From Selaginella moellendorffii (taxonomy: Eukaryota > Plantae > Lycopodiophyta), in NCBI RefSeq assembly GCF_000143415.4, contig NW_003314375.1:372001-436000 (forward strand): a DNA stretch of 64,000 nucleotides, read 5' to 3'. The notes beneath the pieces are model-generated. The model was not told where the DNA came from and ran no database searches. It saw only the letters and a list, made by a program, of their open reading frames with translations. Numbering within the stretch: position 1 is the first letter of the stretch; the number at the start of each line of letters is the position of its first letter. This document shows positions 26,542-39,299 of the stretch, piece after piece. A program made the translations under genes and the position numbers.

Positions 26542-27230
26542 ATGAAAATAAATAATAATGCATGTGTTGGAGAAGATAAGATGGTTGGTGTTGTTATATT
26601 GGTTGAACTGACAAATGTTACATGCAAGAATACTAGGACTCTCATTAAGAGGAGGACGTTATGTCTTGGTGATGAATCAGGAAGGAGTATTGATGTTTGT
26701 CTTTGGGACTCCAAAGTTGAAGAGGAAGGGTCAAAAATATATGAAAAGTTTGAAAAATGAGAGAAGTAGTTCTTGTGTGTAAAAAGTGGTAAAATATCTG
26801 AATACAATGGGAAGTTAATATCTGTTATAGGAGCGTCAACAATTTTACTTGATGCTAATCTAGAGATTGTAGCTAGAGTACATGCATGTTATTCAGTAAC
26901 ATTAGATTCCATCAATTTCATTTATGTCACCGGGTTATCAGGTTCTAATTTAGCTGTTCATACAACAACAATATCAGAAATGATGGGACTTAATCTCAAG
27001 GTTATGGAGAGTTCAAACAGTTACAGAATTACTGCTAACATCAGAGACATTCGCATTGATAATTTTTCTTATCCAGCTTGTACAGAAGTTGTTAATGGCA
27101 AGCAATGTGGCAAAAAAGTCTCAAAGTGTAGGTGAAGATATTTGGTTTTGCATTCCATGTGATTCAAAGATTCAGGAGGTTGACCATAAGTATGCATTGC
27201 ATATGTGTATCAAGGATAGCTCTTGCATAA
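26542..27230 (+). pseudogene. RPA70 (RPA1)-like OB-fold pseudogene fragment, of the type often carried by plant Helitrons
   Basis: KRRTLCLGDESGRSIDVCLWD (OB-B), KISEYNGKLIS, and the Zn-ribbon FSYPACT...CGKKV...WFCIPCD...KYALHMCIKDSS (OB-C). Broken by a stop at 26758 and frameshifts. Confidence 0.8.
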
Positions 27231-27729
27231 CATGCACAAATATACTACAAAACGTGTTGTTTAGCTCTTTATTATTTTTTAATGTGATTAGTCATTTTTT
27301 TCAAATGGTTTCAGTTGAAAATCATAAGCTTTATAATCCAATTGCAGTGAAAAATCTGTGTGAGCTCTTAGGCCTTGACAAACAGCAGATCTTGAGTCAT
27401 GGTGACAGCGATGGAGTCGCTGAAGAAAGAAATGACAAGGGCTGTAGGGTGTTGCTGTGGAAAGCAGTCGAAGATCAACTGTTTGCCAGGAATGGTTGTA
27501 GTTGTCACCAATAGGCTTGGTGCAAGTGAGCAAACCCTGGATGCAAGGGGAGAAAAAGAGGAAAATAAACAAAAAAAAGGAAAAAAAAAAAAGACAAAGA
27601 GCTATGCTTAAAGAAACTGAGATGTGGCTTTTATGAGGTAAGAGGGATCTGTAAGAGTAGAATAAGAGAAGGTACTTCTTCTATTCCTGCTCTAGGATAT
27701 CTAAAACTGAAACTTTGGTTAGAATATCA

Positions 27730-29543
27730 TGTAAGCGACTAAATTTTCCATTCTACTTTAGTCACTTAACCACACCTCTGACCACTTGGAGGAGTCTCAT
27801 TCACAACCTCCATAAGTCCAATCCAGGACTTGGGACTTGCTAGCCCCGAGAATGGCATCCATGCCACTCAACATTTGCACTTGGTCCAAGTGCTCCACGT
27901 GTCCGATCCCATGACCGACACTCAAAGGTACCACCGACATAGCAGCCCGTTACGCTAAGGCCATGCCCAATCACCTTTGCCACACTGGTAGTCCAATACC
28001 ACTTGCATCACCGTCTTGGCTCTCCAAGACTAGGCAAACCATCCGTGAGTGGTCATCTCAGATCCACTCCTTAGCATCCTTAGGATGCCCACCGACAAGG
28101 GGAATAGCCTTCCCCAATATCCCTCTGTCAGTCCCCACTAAGTCCCTTTCTGCCCCTGGCCGTGTTTGCCAACACTGCCACTGGATCGAGACCCACAGGC
28201 CCGACCACTAAGTCCCACGGTCCTCTGGGACTTCCTCACCACACGACTGTGTCCTTGGTTACTACCCCAGAGGACTGCTCCTCTTCCTTTCCACAGTCTG
28301 GGCCTTTGGGACAACATCTCGGAACACCGTGGCCTTACGCGAGCCACCTGGGTACTCTCCTCGCCTTCTGCCCTTGGGTGCTCTAGCCATGGGTTTAGAG
28401 CGGGTTCCGTTGAGCCACACCAGGTATCCAAGTAGGTAGTGCCACCCACACTTGGACTGGGAGCATCGGCTAGTCGATCTCCCGGGGGAACTAGAGCCGG
28501 CTCTTGAACACTTCACCAAGCTACCCCGCTTGTCGGTCTGTGTTCACTCTAGTCTTGGACTTCCCAGTGGGCAGCTCATCACCCAACACTGGGTCCGGCC
28601 TTCCTGGGCCAAACTGGCCTTTCCTGGCCAAACTGGCTCCACTGCAGTCCTCCCCCTACTATACTTTTGGAGCTCACCAAACCCCCCAGGGTCTGGGAGA
28701 CGAACGCTTTGGGCTTTCACCCTCTCAGGCTCCGGACTCGGACTCGGACTCGGACTCGGACTCGGACTCGGATTCGGACTCGGACTCGGGCTCGGGCTCG
28801 GTCTCGGCCTCGGCCTCGGTCTCGGTCTCGGTCCCGATCTCGGTCTCGGTCTCGGTCTCGATCTCAGTCCCGGTCTTGGTCTCGACTTCGGACTCCATTT
28901 CGGACTCCATCTCGGGTCCATCTCGGGTCCATCTCGGACTCCATCTCAGGTTCCATCTCGGGTCCATCTCGGACTCCATCTCGGACTCCATTTCGGGTCC
29001 ATCTCGGGTCCACCTCGGACTCCATCTCGGACTCCATCTCGGACTCCATCTCGGACTCCATCTCGGGTCCATCTCGGACTCCACTTCGGACTCCAACTCG
29101 GGTCCATCTCGGGTCCACCTCGGACTCCACTTCGGACTCCATCTCGGACTCCATCTCGGGTCCATCTCGGACTCCACTTCGGACTCCAACTCGGGTCCAT
29201 CTCGGACTCCACTTCGGACTCCAACTCGGGTCCATCTCGGACTCCACTTCGAACTCCAACTCGGGTCCATCTCGGACTCCACTTCGGACTCCAACTCGAG
29301 TCCATCTCGGACACTCCCACGTATCATGTGTTTGTCCTTTTGGGTCCCTTTTTGGAGCCTCGCCTTTTGCTCGCTTTGTGCTCATTCCTCGAGCACTTCG
29401 TTGGGAGTTCCACTCCCGCTCTTGACTTTTCAAGTCGGAGCTTTTGGTCCAAACGTGTTACGCTCGTTTAGCTCTCGCTTTGGCCACTACCATGTGGCGC
29501 CCTTCCGGCTCCACTTTGGGGCCTAGGGATTTTGTGTCTCACA
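27730..29543. mobile_element. Solo LTR (family B, 1814 bp) with TATCA target-site duplication
   Basis: TGTAAG...CTCACA termini, with tatca at 27725-27729 and 29544-29548. An inverted homolog lies at 58127-59711. Confidence 0.92.
28735..29312. repeat. Minisatellite in the LTR: (GGACTC)n/(GGTCTC)n hexamers followed by 11-12-bp GGACTCCATCTC/GGTCCATCTCG units
   Basis: Visible tandem array. It produces the spurious low-complexity ORFs in all six frames. Confidence 0.95.
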
Positions 29544-31549
29544 TATCATATTTTAATTTCCATGATCCTTGACTACAGCATATCCTTTTTGATGCAAATG
29601 TTGAGAAGGTCTTCTACATCTTTGAATGGATTGTATTCGAACATGTCCTTAGCAAATGTAATATCAACTTGTAAAGCTATACCTTTGAGACATATTGGTT
29701 TCCACTTCTTAATACCTCATTTAGGATGGAGATCATTCATAGTGTTGAGGAGTTCCTGAGCCATATCTCCTTTAAATTCCTTGCAAACATCAAATGGAAC
29801 ACCGAATCCATAATGTAGTGCTGAGAATACATATGGATTAATTCCGTTGGCTTTCTTGTTAAAGATTTTCTGAATTTCTTTTTTGTGTGGGAGCCGATTG
29901 TTGTAAAGCTTTCCAATAAGTCTATGAGCTGTAAGTACTGTAAGTGCTGCATGCAAAAAAAGAAAAATGTTTATTCTGCTTGAAAAAGAAAAAATTAAAT
30001 TGGATCCAAGCTTACCTAGGGCTACCAATTTCTTTTTGTTAATCTTCTTGAACTGTTTTATTTTTTCCTTATATTCTTTAATCTTTCTCGAAATTCCATC
30101 TATGTTGTCAAAGCCATAAATAAATTCTTTTGGCGGGCATCCAAGTACATCTAGTAGTCGGGCTTGTTTGTCATTTGGAAAGAACCTGTTTCATAGTGTT
30201 ACATGAGATAGTTTGTTGTACATTTAAAGCTAGGTATATTACTTTCTGTTTATTACGAATTCTTGATGGTAATCATGCTCTGTTTTTCTCCTTTGAATAT
30301 TTGCCAAAGCTTCTTTCCAGATTTTTGCTGTTCTGGTTGCTTTGCTAATTTCTGCCATTGTTTGTAATAGAACCTGCATTAAACTCTAAGGTGATAGTTA
30401 GTCAAAATTGATTGTGATATCTTCTCAATAGGTACCATGCTATCAGTAGAAGTGATTGATCGGCATAGATCAGCAACTATCACTATTATTTTCATTGCCT
30501 TGTTTTATATTTTCTTTCATTTGTTCTTTGGTAAGAAACTTACAGAGTCTTTGGCTCCACATGGTGGTTTGTCTTCTAGCAAATACCTAAACACAAATGT
30601 TAAACTGTAACCTTTTTAAATATTAAACTATAACTGTTTTTCTGGGATAAATATCATTTCAGTTTACTGACCAAACATTTATAAAGTCATACAAAAGATG
30701 TACATTACATTTACTGGACGATATCAAACATTCGCTTCACTTTAAAACCTTTGCTTGCTTCCTTGTGACACACTCAAAGAATTTCCAAAGAGATTGTTGG
30801 TTGTGTTATCTGAGAGCAATTGCAAGCCGGTGATGGAGTATCCAGCCAGGGTCTCTCAATTGTCTTGTGCGTCAAACTTCTCCACGTGTTGCATCTCCTC
30901 GAGATTGAATCTTTCCCCATTTTCCCCGTCAGAGGACTATCTTGAGACAGCCTTTGCCCTGCATATTGCTCTGGATGAACGTCACTGTGGAGGAGGACAC
31001 GATTCACTATTTGACACAGCTATGGGCCTTGTAGCGTCTTGGACACAGAATGTGTTTCATAACTTTTAAAAAGGTTTGGTACAGTCTCCAAGTGTTGTTG
31101 AAGTTGAGTGGCTCATAAAGATTGTACAAGTCATTTGAGATAGATCCTCTTGTTGTATGGCACCGTAAACACAAATTCTTTTGGTAATAATCATGTCTAT
31201 TACATGTGTTTGTCTAGTTTTGCAGTAATTTGTCCATCTTTACATCTTAACTGGCATATGTCGCCTACACATGCTTTCTGCATGCTCAGAAATTCTTGCC
31301 ATTTCATATCAGTCTTGAATTTATAGCTTGTGTAGTTTGTATTTAGTAGTTCAAACATGAATTCACTATCTTCTTCAAATACAAAAAGTATTTTGTGACC
31401 ATTTGTACATGGAAAAGAACACTGGATTGCTCTTTCAAACTAGTCAGATGTAGCCTTCCAAAAAACAGAAAAAAAAGAGTGAGAAAAAACCTCATCACAA
31501 AAAAATGTTTATGAAAGCATCACTTACTTGTATCCAAACATTTTCACAA

Positions 31550-32560
31550 AAATGAAAAGGTCGCAAGATAATCTCCATATCCATGACTTGCCCTAAACCT
31601 AATTGCGGAGCTTCCCTTCCTCCTACGTGAATTGTTATTCAAGATAGCTTTTTCCAGTGGCTATCACAGTGCCATTTTCTCCTGTGTGTCTAGAGAATTT
31701 TGCAGAAGGTGTAATGATGAAAGAATTTGGAAAAAACACTGTCAGAATGATTTTGTGGTGTGCTCATGTATTACCTTTGAAAGTGCAACATGTCAAACAT
31801 ACAGAGTATATATTTTTATTTTCTCCTCTTATTTTCTCAATTCTAATTGTATTACCTTATTTTCTTGTCTATAGGAAACTTACAAAAGCTGGTATATGGT
31901 ATTTAAAAGATACAACTTTAACATTGTAAAGCAGACAAGAAATATTATCATTCATTTCAAATCATTTATACATCTGAATGTACCTAAATTTTTCTCATCA
32001 ATATTAGGGAGGATGCCAAATCATGTGTTAGATGATGTCGAATCGGTATTGGGAGTCCCTTTACATCAGACACTGAGGTGTTTTCTATTGTCAATGAATG
32101 GAAAAGGAAGCCATGAAATGACTGAGGATCTTGAAATACAGGAGTATAGAGGACTGATTGGATGTTATTGGATGAATAATACATTTGTCTGCTCAAAGTT
32201 TTTGCATATTGGAGAAATTTGTTCATTAACATTAAAGTTACGTGAAATGCCTATTGGCTTAGGAAGACACATGATCCCATTTGGCAGTTCACTCTTTAAT
32301 TCAAAACTCTATATTATGAATATATAGACAGGAGATATTTTTATTAGTGCAAAAAACTTTTGGATTAATAGTGAAACAATCCCTTGTATGCCACCAGGAG
32401 TTAGAGGATTTTCATCTTTGATGTCATGGCTAAGGAATTTGCTAAAGTGTCTACATGGAACAGCATTTTGTTTTATCAAGAACCCCATAAAAGCAATTTT
32501 CCAGGGTTATCTAAGACGATATGAAAAATATTATGTAAGTGATTTTTTTAATTCAAACAA
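31550..32560 (+). pseudogene. F-box plus SMI1/KNR4-like (SKIP16-like) gene fragment
   Basis: LPSLLRELLFKI...SCVSREF...NDERIWKKHC (F-box), then LDDVESVLGVPLHQTLRCFLLSMNG...GLIGCY (SMI1/KNR4-like). In-frame stops are present. Confidence 0.55.
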
Positions 32561-33837
32561 TTTTTAAAACTTACCTTTTTCTTGTAGTATGGATGTATGC
32601 CAGCCCCAGATCTATCGTCTTTCAATTCTGCTGAAGTTTTTATATATTTAGCATTTGTATGCTTGGATATCAAATTCATGGGAGAGTTTAATGGTGTCAG
32701 ACTACTTGTTTCTACTTCCAAGAATGATAATGAAGATAATTTGGTATATGAGTTCAACATGCAGCATGGTTTACAAGAGGTTCCACAATGTGTGTTAGTG
32801 CTTAAGATGGTGTTTTGACATCCTTTTGTTTTGTACAGCAATACATATGGGACAATAAGACATATGTTGTATGACAAAAAAATTCAGTCTGGATTGTTTT
32901 CTTTGTTTTGAGAAAAGTGATTCAAATCAAACTGTTTTGAAGTTTCATTCATTGACTATTTATATTGACCTTGAAGTCGTTCACTTTTCATTATTTTTAA
33001 AATAGCCATTTTTAAAAAAAAATGCTTATTTCTAAAAGCTTGAGTTCTGTAAACACAGAGTTTTCCATCTTTTAACAGCAAAGGACATCTGAGTCCCAAA
33101 CTGTCTAAAAACCTATATCAATCAAATATCCAGTCAAGTGAGAGAAGAAGAGAACGTTTTTAAACATGCTCAGATCCTTGCTTGGAATCTGATCCGAGCA
33201 TGGAAGACTTAATGTTCAATGGATGCTATGGGGAACTTAGTCTTTTCTTGGATAACACACAAATGCTAGGTTGCTTTAGGTTTGAGTGGTCTATGGCTTC
33301 CTTGTAACTATTCTGGCCTAAGAAGCTCTGACCAAATAGAAATACGTATTTAAAGTTTTTTTAGATTTTGTGCAGCAGTTTGACTATAGAAAGCATCACA
33401 TTGCATGAGTCCACATATGGATCAACGGAGTTCTGGACATAGGCAGATAGGACGTAATTCCAGTTTTTAGCGGGTATTCAAAAGCCAACTATAACTCTTT
33501 CAGGAAGTTGAGAAACTCCATCAAGTCCTTGTGGTTGCTTTCTCACAGCATTAACGACGTCCACTATGGCCTCTTCTCTGATATCACTGTTGTTGCTGCA
33601 TGCTAGTTTCGTCTAGAGAAATGGAGATCCCAGTTCTGCTACAGTGACGTTATCTTTGGGATTATCCAAGTGCCATGCAATGCTATCCTGGAACAACATG
33701 TGTGACAAAGTATAGCAGTAAAGAATTGTACCTTTGCAACCAGAATGATCAGACGATAGAGCTTCCTTAAACTGGCCAAGTCCATTTGGCAGATGAAATG
33801 CAGTGATACCAAGTTATTATTTCGAAAGGCTTCTTCT

Positions 33838-34320
33838 TTTAGTTGAGGCTAAGGCTTCCAATATTTATTCTTTGGGTGCTCTTCACTTCGTTTATCCCAC
33901 TGTGGTCGCCAAAGTGGAGAATTACAAAATCACCTCTACAATGATTTTGTGAATCCTCTCATATCTAAACTAAAAACAAACATAAAAAGGAAAGAAATAT
34001 TTAGCCATATGTTGTTGCAAAGATGTTGATGCTGAGATTGATGTGCATCTCACAGCCTTGATCCCCAGAAGGCAATGAGTAAGATAGGCATGGAAGAGAA
34101 GAGTAGATGTTGAGCAAGTGGAGTGTATGTTATTATGGCCAAGGATATAAAAAGATAGAAAGGGGATAGGTCTGGCATGCTATCACCAGCCTATATAACC
34201 ACTACATGCCCAGTCATCCAAGTCAGGAATTTAGACCGGGAAAAATCCTGATCTCAATTCCTAACTCAGGAAATTCCTTTGTGCGAAAATCACAATGCAA
34301 AAATGCATGTACCTTTCTAC
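33838..34320 (+). repeat. ~480-bp dispersed direct repeat, copy 1 (copy 2 at ~60021-60500)
   Basis: tttagttgaggctaaggctt...aaatgcatgtacctttctac is near-identical in both places. Confidence 0.9.
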
Positions 34321-37177
34321 TCTTTGACAACTAGAGTTGAGCAGCTCCTGCAGCTCAAGCTTCCATTGTGGTGGTAGTAGCAGCTGTGGTGTTAGCCTCT
34401 AGTTCTTCCTCGTAGTCCTCAAGCTTGTCGCGAGTGTAGTTCTTTATGGCAGTCTCGAGCAGTTGTAGTCGGGCCTTGAGCTCCATGTTCTCTTTGGTGA
34501 GGTGGGCATTCTTGAGTTGGTACTGCTACGCTAACTTGAAAGATTCTCAACAGGTGTTTGGTGTTGGGAGTCCATGAGCCTGTATAGTGCGAAGGATACC
34601 CTTTACCTGATCAAGTTCCTAAGCCATGCTCGCCATCTTCTCCTCGTGTGGGCGTGCCAAAACTTTGTGAAAGAAACTCTCCATGCCGTCCCGCATGTAC
34701 ACCACCATGTTGGAGTTATGGTACTGCTCCAAGAAGTTTGTAGGCATGGGACGGATCACTTTCGGTTGCTGCTGCTCCTGATGATGATGCTCCTGCTGCT
34801 CTGGATTGTAGTGGTGGCGCTTGTTCACGCGCTCGTGATGAAATTGGTGTTGCATTGTTGAATGAGGCAGCTGCATGTTGTCGGCAGTGGTGGTTGGAGC
34901 AAATATCTGGTGCGGCTCAGATGGCTGCTGTAGCTCAGTTGGCTGCTGCAGCAAAGATGGCTGCTCCTCAGCATACTGGTGTGGTGGAGACGGCTGCTCA
35001 GTAGGCTGTGGCAGCGAATGTTGGTGCTGCTCGACGGGCTGCAATGGTGGAGGCTGCTGCTGCTGAGGCTAGTGTTGCTCAGTAGTTTGCTCCTGCTGTG
35101 TGGGTGGTTCGTAAGAAGTGTTGTGCCCCGGCTCAACGATGGTGGATTTGTAACCGTTTCAAGATTTTGAAGAATATCCTGCGTCAGCGAAATGTGATCG
35201 TCCACTGAAATTGTTGTCACTAGAGACAGAGATGGTGCCGGTTCATGCGGTGGTGATGGTGGCAAATCCGGCTGCAGTGTGCTAGGAGGTTGCAAGCTCT
35301 TCATTGATGGCTGAGTAGGTGCCAAACTTTGCTGCCGTTTTATTTTGGAGCTAGAGGTTCTTGTTGGTTGTTGTCGTTTTGGCACCTCATGCTGGATTGT
35401 TTGCACATCACTGTCGTCACTGTCAATCTGTGGAGGCGCAACGTTTCTTCAGCCTTGTCCCCGTGTCTTTCTTTGTGGAGTTGCTGCTGTCTTTCACTGG
35501 ACCTTTTTCTTCTCAGTGTTCATCAAGTGGTCTTTAGCTTGGTGCTTTGAACTTTTTGTGGCTGCGTGCTGCGGAGGCAGTGGTGGTGGACTGTAGATCA
35601 CCATGGCTTGACTTCTATGCATGATGATTGCTCTAACATATGGTAGTATTAGGGTCTTCACACATCTCCTCGTGTTAAGATCTGCTGTCACCTTCTTAAG
35701 TTCCCTACGAAACTTTGGAATCACATATCCTGCTAAATACACTTTCTTCCCAGCTTGAAGATCCTCGTAGATGAAGGCCACTGATCTGCTCACTGTCGTG
35801 GCAGTCTTCCAAAATTCCAGGTTGAGAACAAGGAACTTGAAGATTTTGTAGAGCTTGTCCTTGACGTTGGAGAATTGCAAACTAAGTGCCGAGTTGTAGC
35901 TCTCAGGATCTTTCATGATGTCGTGACTTAAAGCCCGTGTGCGTGGAGACCGCTGCTTAGTAGGCTGTAGCAGCGAATGTTGGTGCTGCTCGATGGGCTG
36001 CAATAGTGGAGGCTGCTGCTGCTGAGGCTGGTGTTGCTCGACTCGGCAACTTGAATTTGTTTATCCTCTTTGTCGTACTTATTTAAAATTGTTTCTAAAA
36101 TTTGTTGCTGTTGTTGTTCTAATTTCTCTTTTACTACCTCTTCCTTTTTCACTTCTCAATTCTTTTGTCGAAGATCTCTTTCCCGGATCTTGATTGGGTC
36201 TGGTTTCTATTTGTACATTCAGTTTGCTAAGTCTTCTCAACTTGAATGTTGAGGTAAGTTTCCTGAATTTGTGTTTTGCTTAAGTGATCTTTTGTAAATT
36301 GTTGTTCTTCATAGATTGCAAAGTCAAGCTCTTGTGTCTTGAGTCTTCTGCAAGTTTGGTTTTGTTGTTTAAATGTGAAGTCAAGCTCTTGTGTCTTGAG
36401 TCTTCAATCAAGTTTTTCTTTCTTTCTCGATTCTTCCCGAGTTTCGTCTCGAGGTCACTTTCCTAAGTCTAGCTCAGGTAAGGTCTTGTATTTGAAAAAT
36501 CTGAAGTAAGCACAATTTTGTTTGTTGAAAGGAGGTCTATTTTGTCATAAATTGATTGATTTAGCTGTTCACCAGTAAATTTGGATACTACTCACCAACT
36601 TTGGAATCGAACAGGTATGCAAACAATTGCAATTCTCTCTAGTAGTCCAATCTTGAACAATTTTTTTAATCTTTTACATTGTGTTGGTTGTTTTGGAATG
36701 CGAGCTCTCACTATGAGCTTTTGTGTTTCCCAATCGTTGGTAAGATTTGCAAATGTTGAATACAGCAGTGGTTGTATTTTTAATGTCCTAATTCTTATAT
36801 ATTTCTTGTCTCAAGTGACGTCCACACGTCAAAGTTTGGTTTCCAACAGATTTTTTTTGCTTTAAGCCTATGTGTGCGCAAATCTATCCAGTGCGCTTTT
36901 CTCTATGGTCAATTTTGTGATGGTGCATTTCCCTGAGGCTGTTCTTGCCGGTTTTGTTCTACTTCCCTTTGTCATATTGCATGTTCTCTTTCACGATCAG
37001 AGTCGATCGCTTCACGAACTTCCCAAGGTATAATCTCAATTAATATTCTTGCATTATAAGTTTGTAACCTTGACACAGGATCTCCTAAAATACTCTTTAA
37101 AATGTTGAGATTTCTTGGTCGCACTCTTCCTTGTTGGTTGCGAGTGTTATGTATTTCTAAGTTGGGGTTTCGATGTT

Positions 37178-37690
37178 TGTCGCGAATGTGACTTCGGGTA
37201 TCGAAAGATACTTGTCAGCTAGTCCTTATAGACACTCTCTCCTTACTGCCACGATGGCAGAAGGTCGGTACTGCTGGTTCCCTTTATTGGCCCCTCTTAT
37301 CCAAGTGTTAGTAAACTGGACTTAGCATCTATACTTGGCCGGATGAGTATAAGGACGGAATTCTTAAGTGTCTATTTGGCCAAACATACTTGGCCCGGCT
37401 TTTTAGTTCTCTTTTGCTCTATCTTGCACTGGCTTGGCAAGAACCCTCGCGTATTGAGACTAGTCCCTCAATATCGCCGGATGATAGCTTACTGTGCCTG
37501 CCAAACACCCTCGCTATCACGCCCTTTGTGTTAGTCTCATTTTGGTCCCAAATGCTATTTAAGGAAAGTGTCTAGATTTGCTCATTTGGTATGTTTACAA
37601 AATGTAGAGGTTGGCCTGAACACAATGGTGTTCGTCCTGTGTCCAAATTCACAATCTAAGGCCATTCCATATTTAGTAAGTTTTGAACTT
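37178..37690 (+). mobile_element. LTR family A, left part; interrupted by the DNA transposon and resuming at 56185
   Basis: Starts TGTCGCGAATGTGACTTCGGGTATCGAAAGATAC, matching 15132 on the minus strand. 37560-37690 plus 56189-56240 together match the uninterrupted reverse complement of 14780-14605. Confidence 0.85.
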
Positions 37691-39299
37691 AAGCTCTATT
37701 TCGTTAAAGTGGGATTTATTCAGTAAAATGGGACTAGGTACAAATTTTCAAGTATTTGAAAATGACGTGAAATTATATGTTTTTTGTCCAGGGGCTAGAC
37801 ATATCTGGGGCATGGTGACTAGCGCGGTGACTTTGTGTCCAGACTGAGTCCATCTGGTTGTATAATAAATCTCATTGTCAAGGTGAACAAGCCGAATCTG
37901 AAGCTAAAGAAGAGCAATGGCATGCGTGCACACACTATTTGTTTGTTCATTGAGCATGTGGTGAGCTTTCCAAGATGAACGTCATTCCTATTAGCCAGAC
38001 ATATAACTTAATGGTGAGAACATTTAGATATTATTCAATGTTATCTTTTTCTAACGAATCTAATTGTGAAGGTGTAGCAAGAGGCATTGCTAGTCTGGAG
38101 AAGTCATTTAACTCATTTGACCCTTAGTGTATTTTCATGAAACTAAATAACATTCATATTATTAAGGAATTTCTCTAGTACCTTTTTTTTACAACATAGA
38201 GGCTTGCATTTCTTTCAAAGGTGATTTAGTAAAAGGCCTGAGGGCACATGCCATTCTATTTCTTAGACCGGTATTAAGATATACTAGTGCAAAGGGAAAA
38301 AGGTATTTGGTGATCAAGTAAATGGCATGAGGGCACACGCCATTATAAGCCTAAGCGCTAGTGGACACCTCCTTTTTGGTACTCTCAGCGGTACTATCAT
38401 CCTTCTCCGGGTCAGTTGTTTTGCTTTGGATTGTTGTCTCTGACGTTACTGGGGCGTTCTCGATAGTTGTTAATGTTGCCGTTTGTTCAGAAAAATGATC
38501 ACCTAGAGTATAGTACGGGGAGTTTGGAAGACTTATATATTCTACATCTTCACCTATCTCCTTCTCCGTCTCCTTTTCTGCCTCACTTACAGATTTTGTG
38601 CTTGCCATGAGAACGCTCTTCACCCTAAAATATGGAGTTCGTTGTGTTATAAAAGGAAACCAACACACACGCTGCAAGGGAATGATGGTACATAAAGCAC
38701 GTAAGCCCACAATATGGGTTTATGTGCCATTAATATGGGCCACACGCCATATTATTAGATTTATGCACGTGTGATTGGTAAATGCATATGTCACATCATC
38801 TTTGTTTTACCTCACACACTATATCAGGCCTAATGAACCATATCACATGTGCGCACATGCTATATATATGGAGAAGTATTATGCAAGGATAGAAAAATTC
38901 AATGCATGATTGTGGAGAGCAATGGCATGAAGCCACATGCTACATAACATTTTAGAGAAAGAATTAAAATAGAAACATGCAAACAGTACTGAGTGGACCA
39001 AGACTTAGAAGTGCACAATTGAATGAGGTATTTCTAATAAATATTTCACTCACCTCATATAGGAATGGCTACCACTCTCAAATGGCGTATCGCCTCATGC
39101 CATCACCTCGCAATTTGTTATAACAATCCGATGAATTCATATTCGGCTTGTTCACCTTGAACTTTAAGTAAGATTTGCTAGAACAACTAAGAATTTATAC
39201 TTGTTATTTGTATCATCTCACCTAGGAATGGCGTAAGGCCACATGCCATCACGCCTCCTCTGATTCAGATTCGGATTGTTCACCTTGAAATAAAATACA

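Noticed and set aside
27852-27868. atggcatccatgccac (and its mirror near 59575) as an extra copy of the 22-bp palindrome outside the transposon
   Set aside because: It lacks the 6-bp spacer geometry and is part of LTR family B.
28452-29526. 339-340 aa ORFs rich in GLGL/DSDS/RTRT (and the equivalents at 58064-58843)
   Set aside because: Translations of a stop-free minisatellite inside an LTR, open in all frames.
34574-36152. Q/P/H-rich ORFs with an internal ~90-bp duplication
   Set aside because: Fragmentary, frameshifted, low-complexity sequence; no family could be supported.
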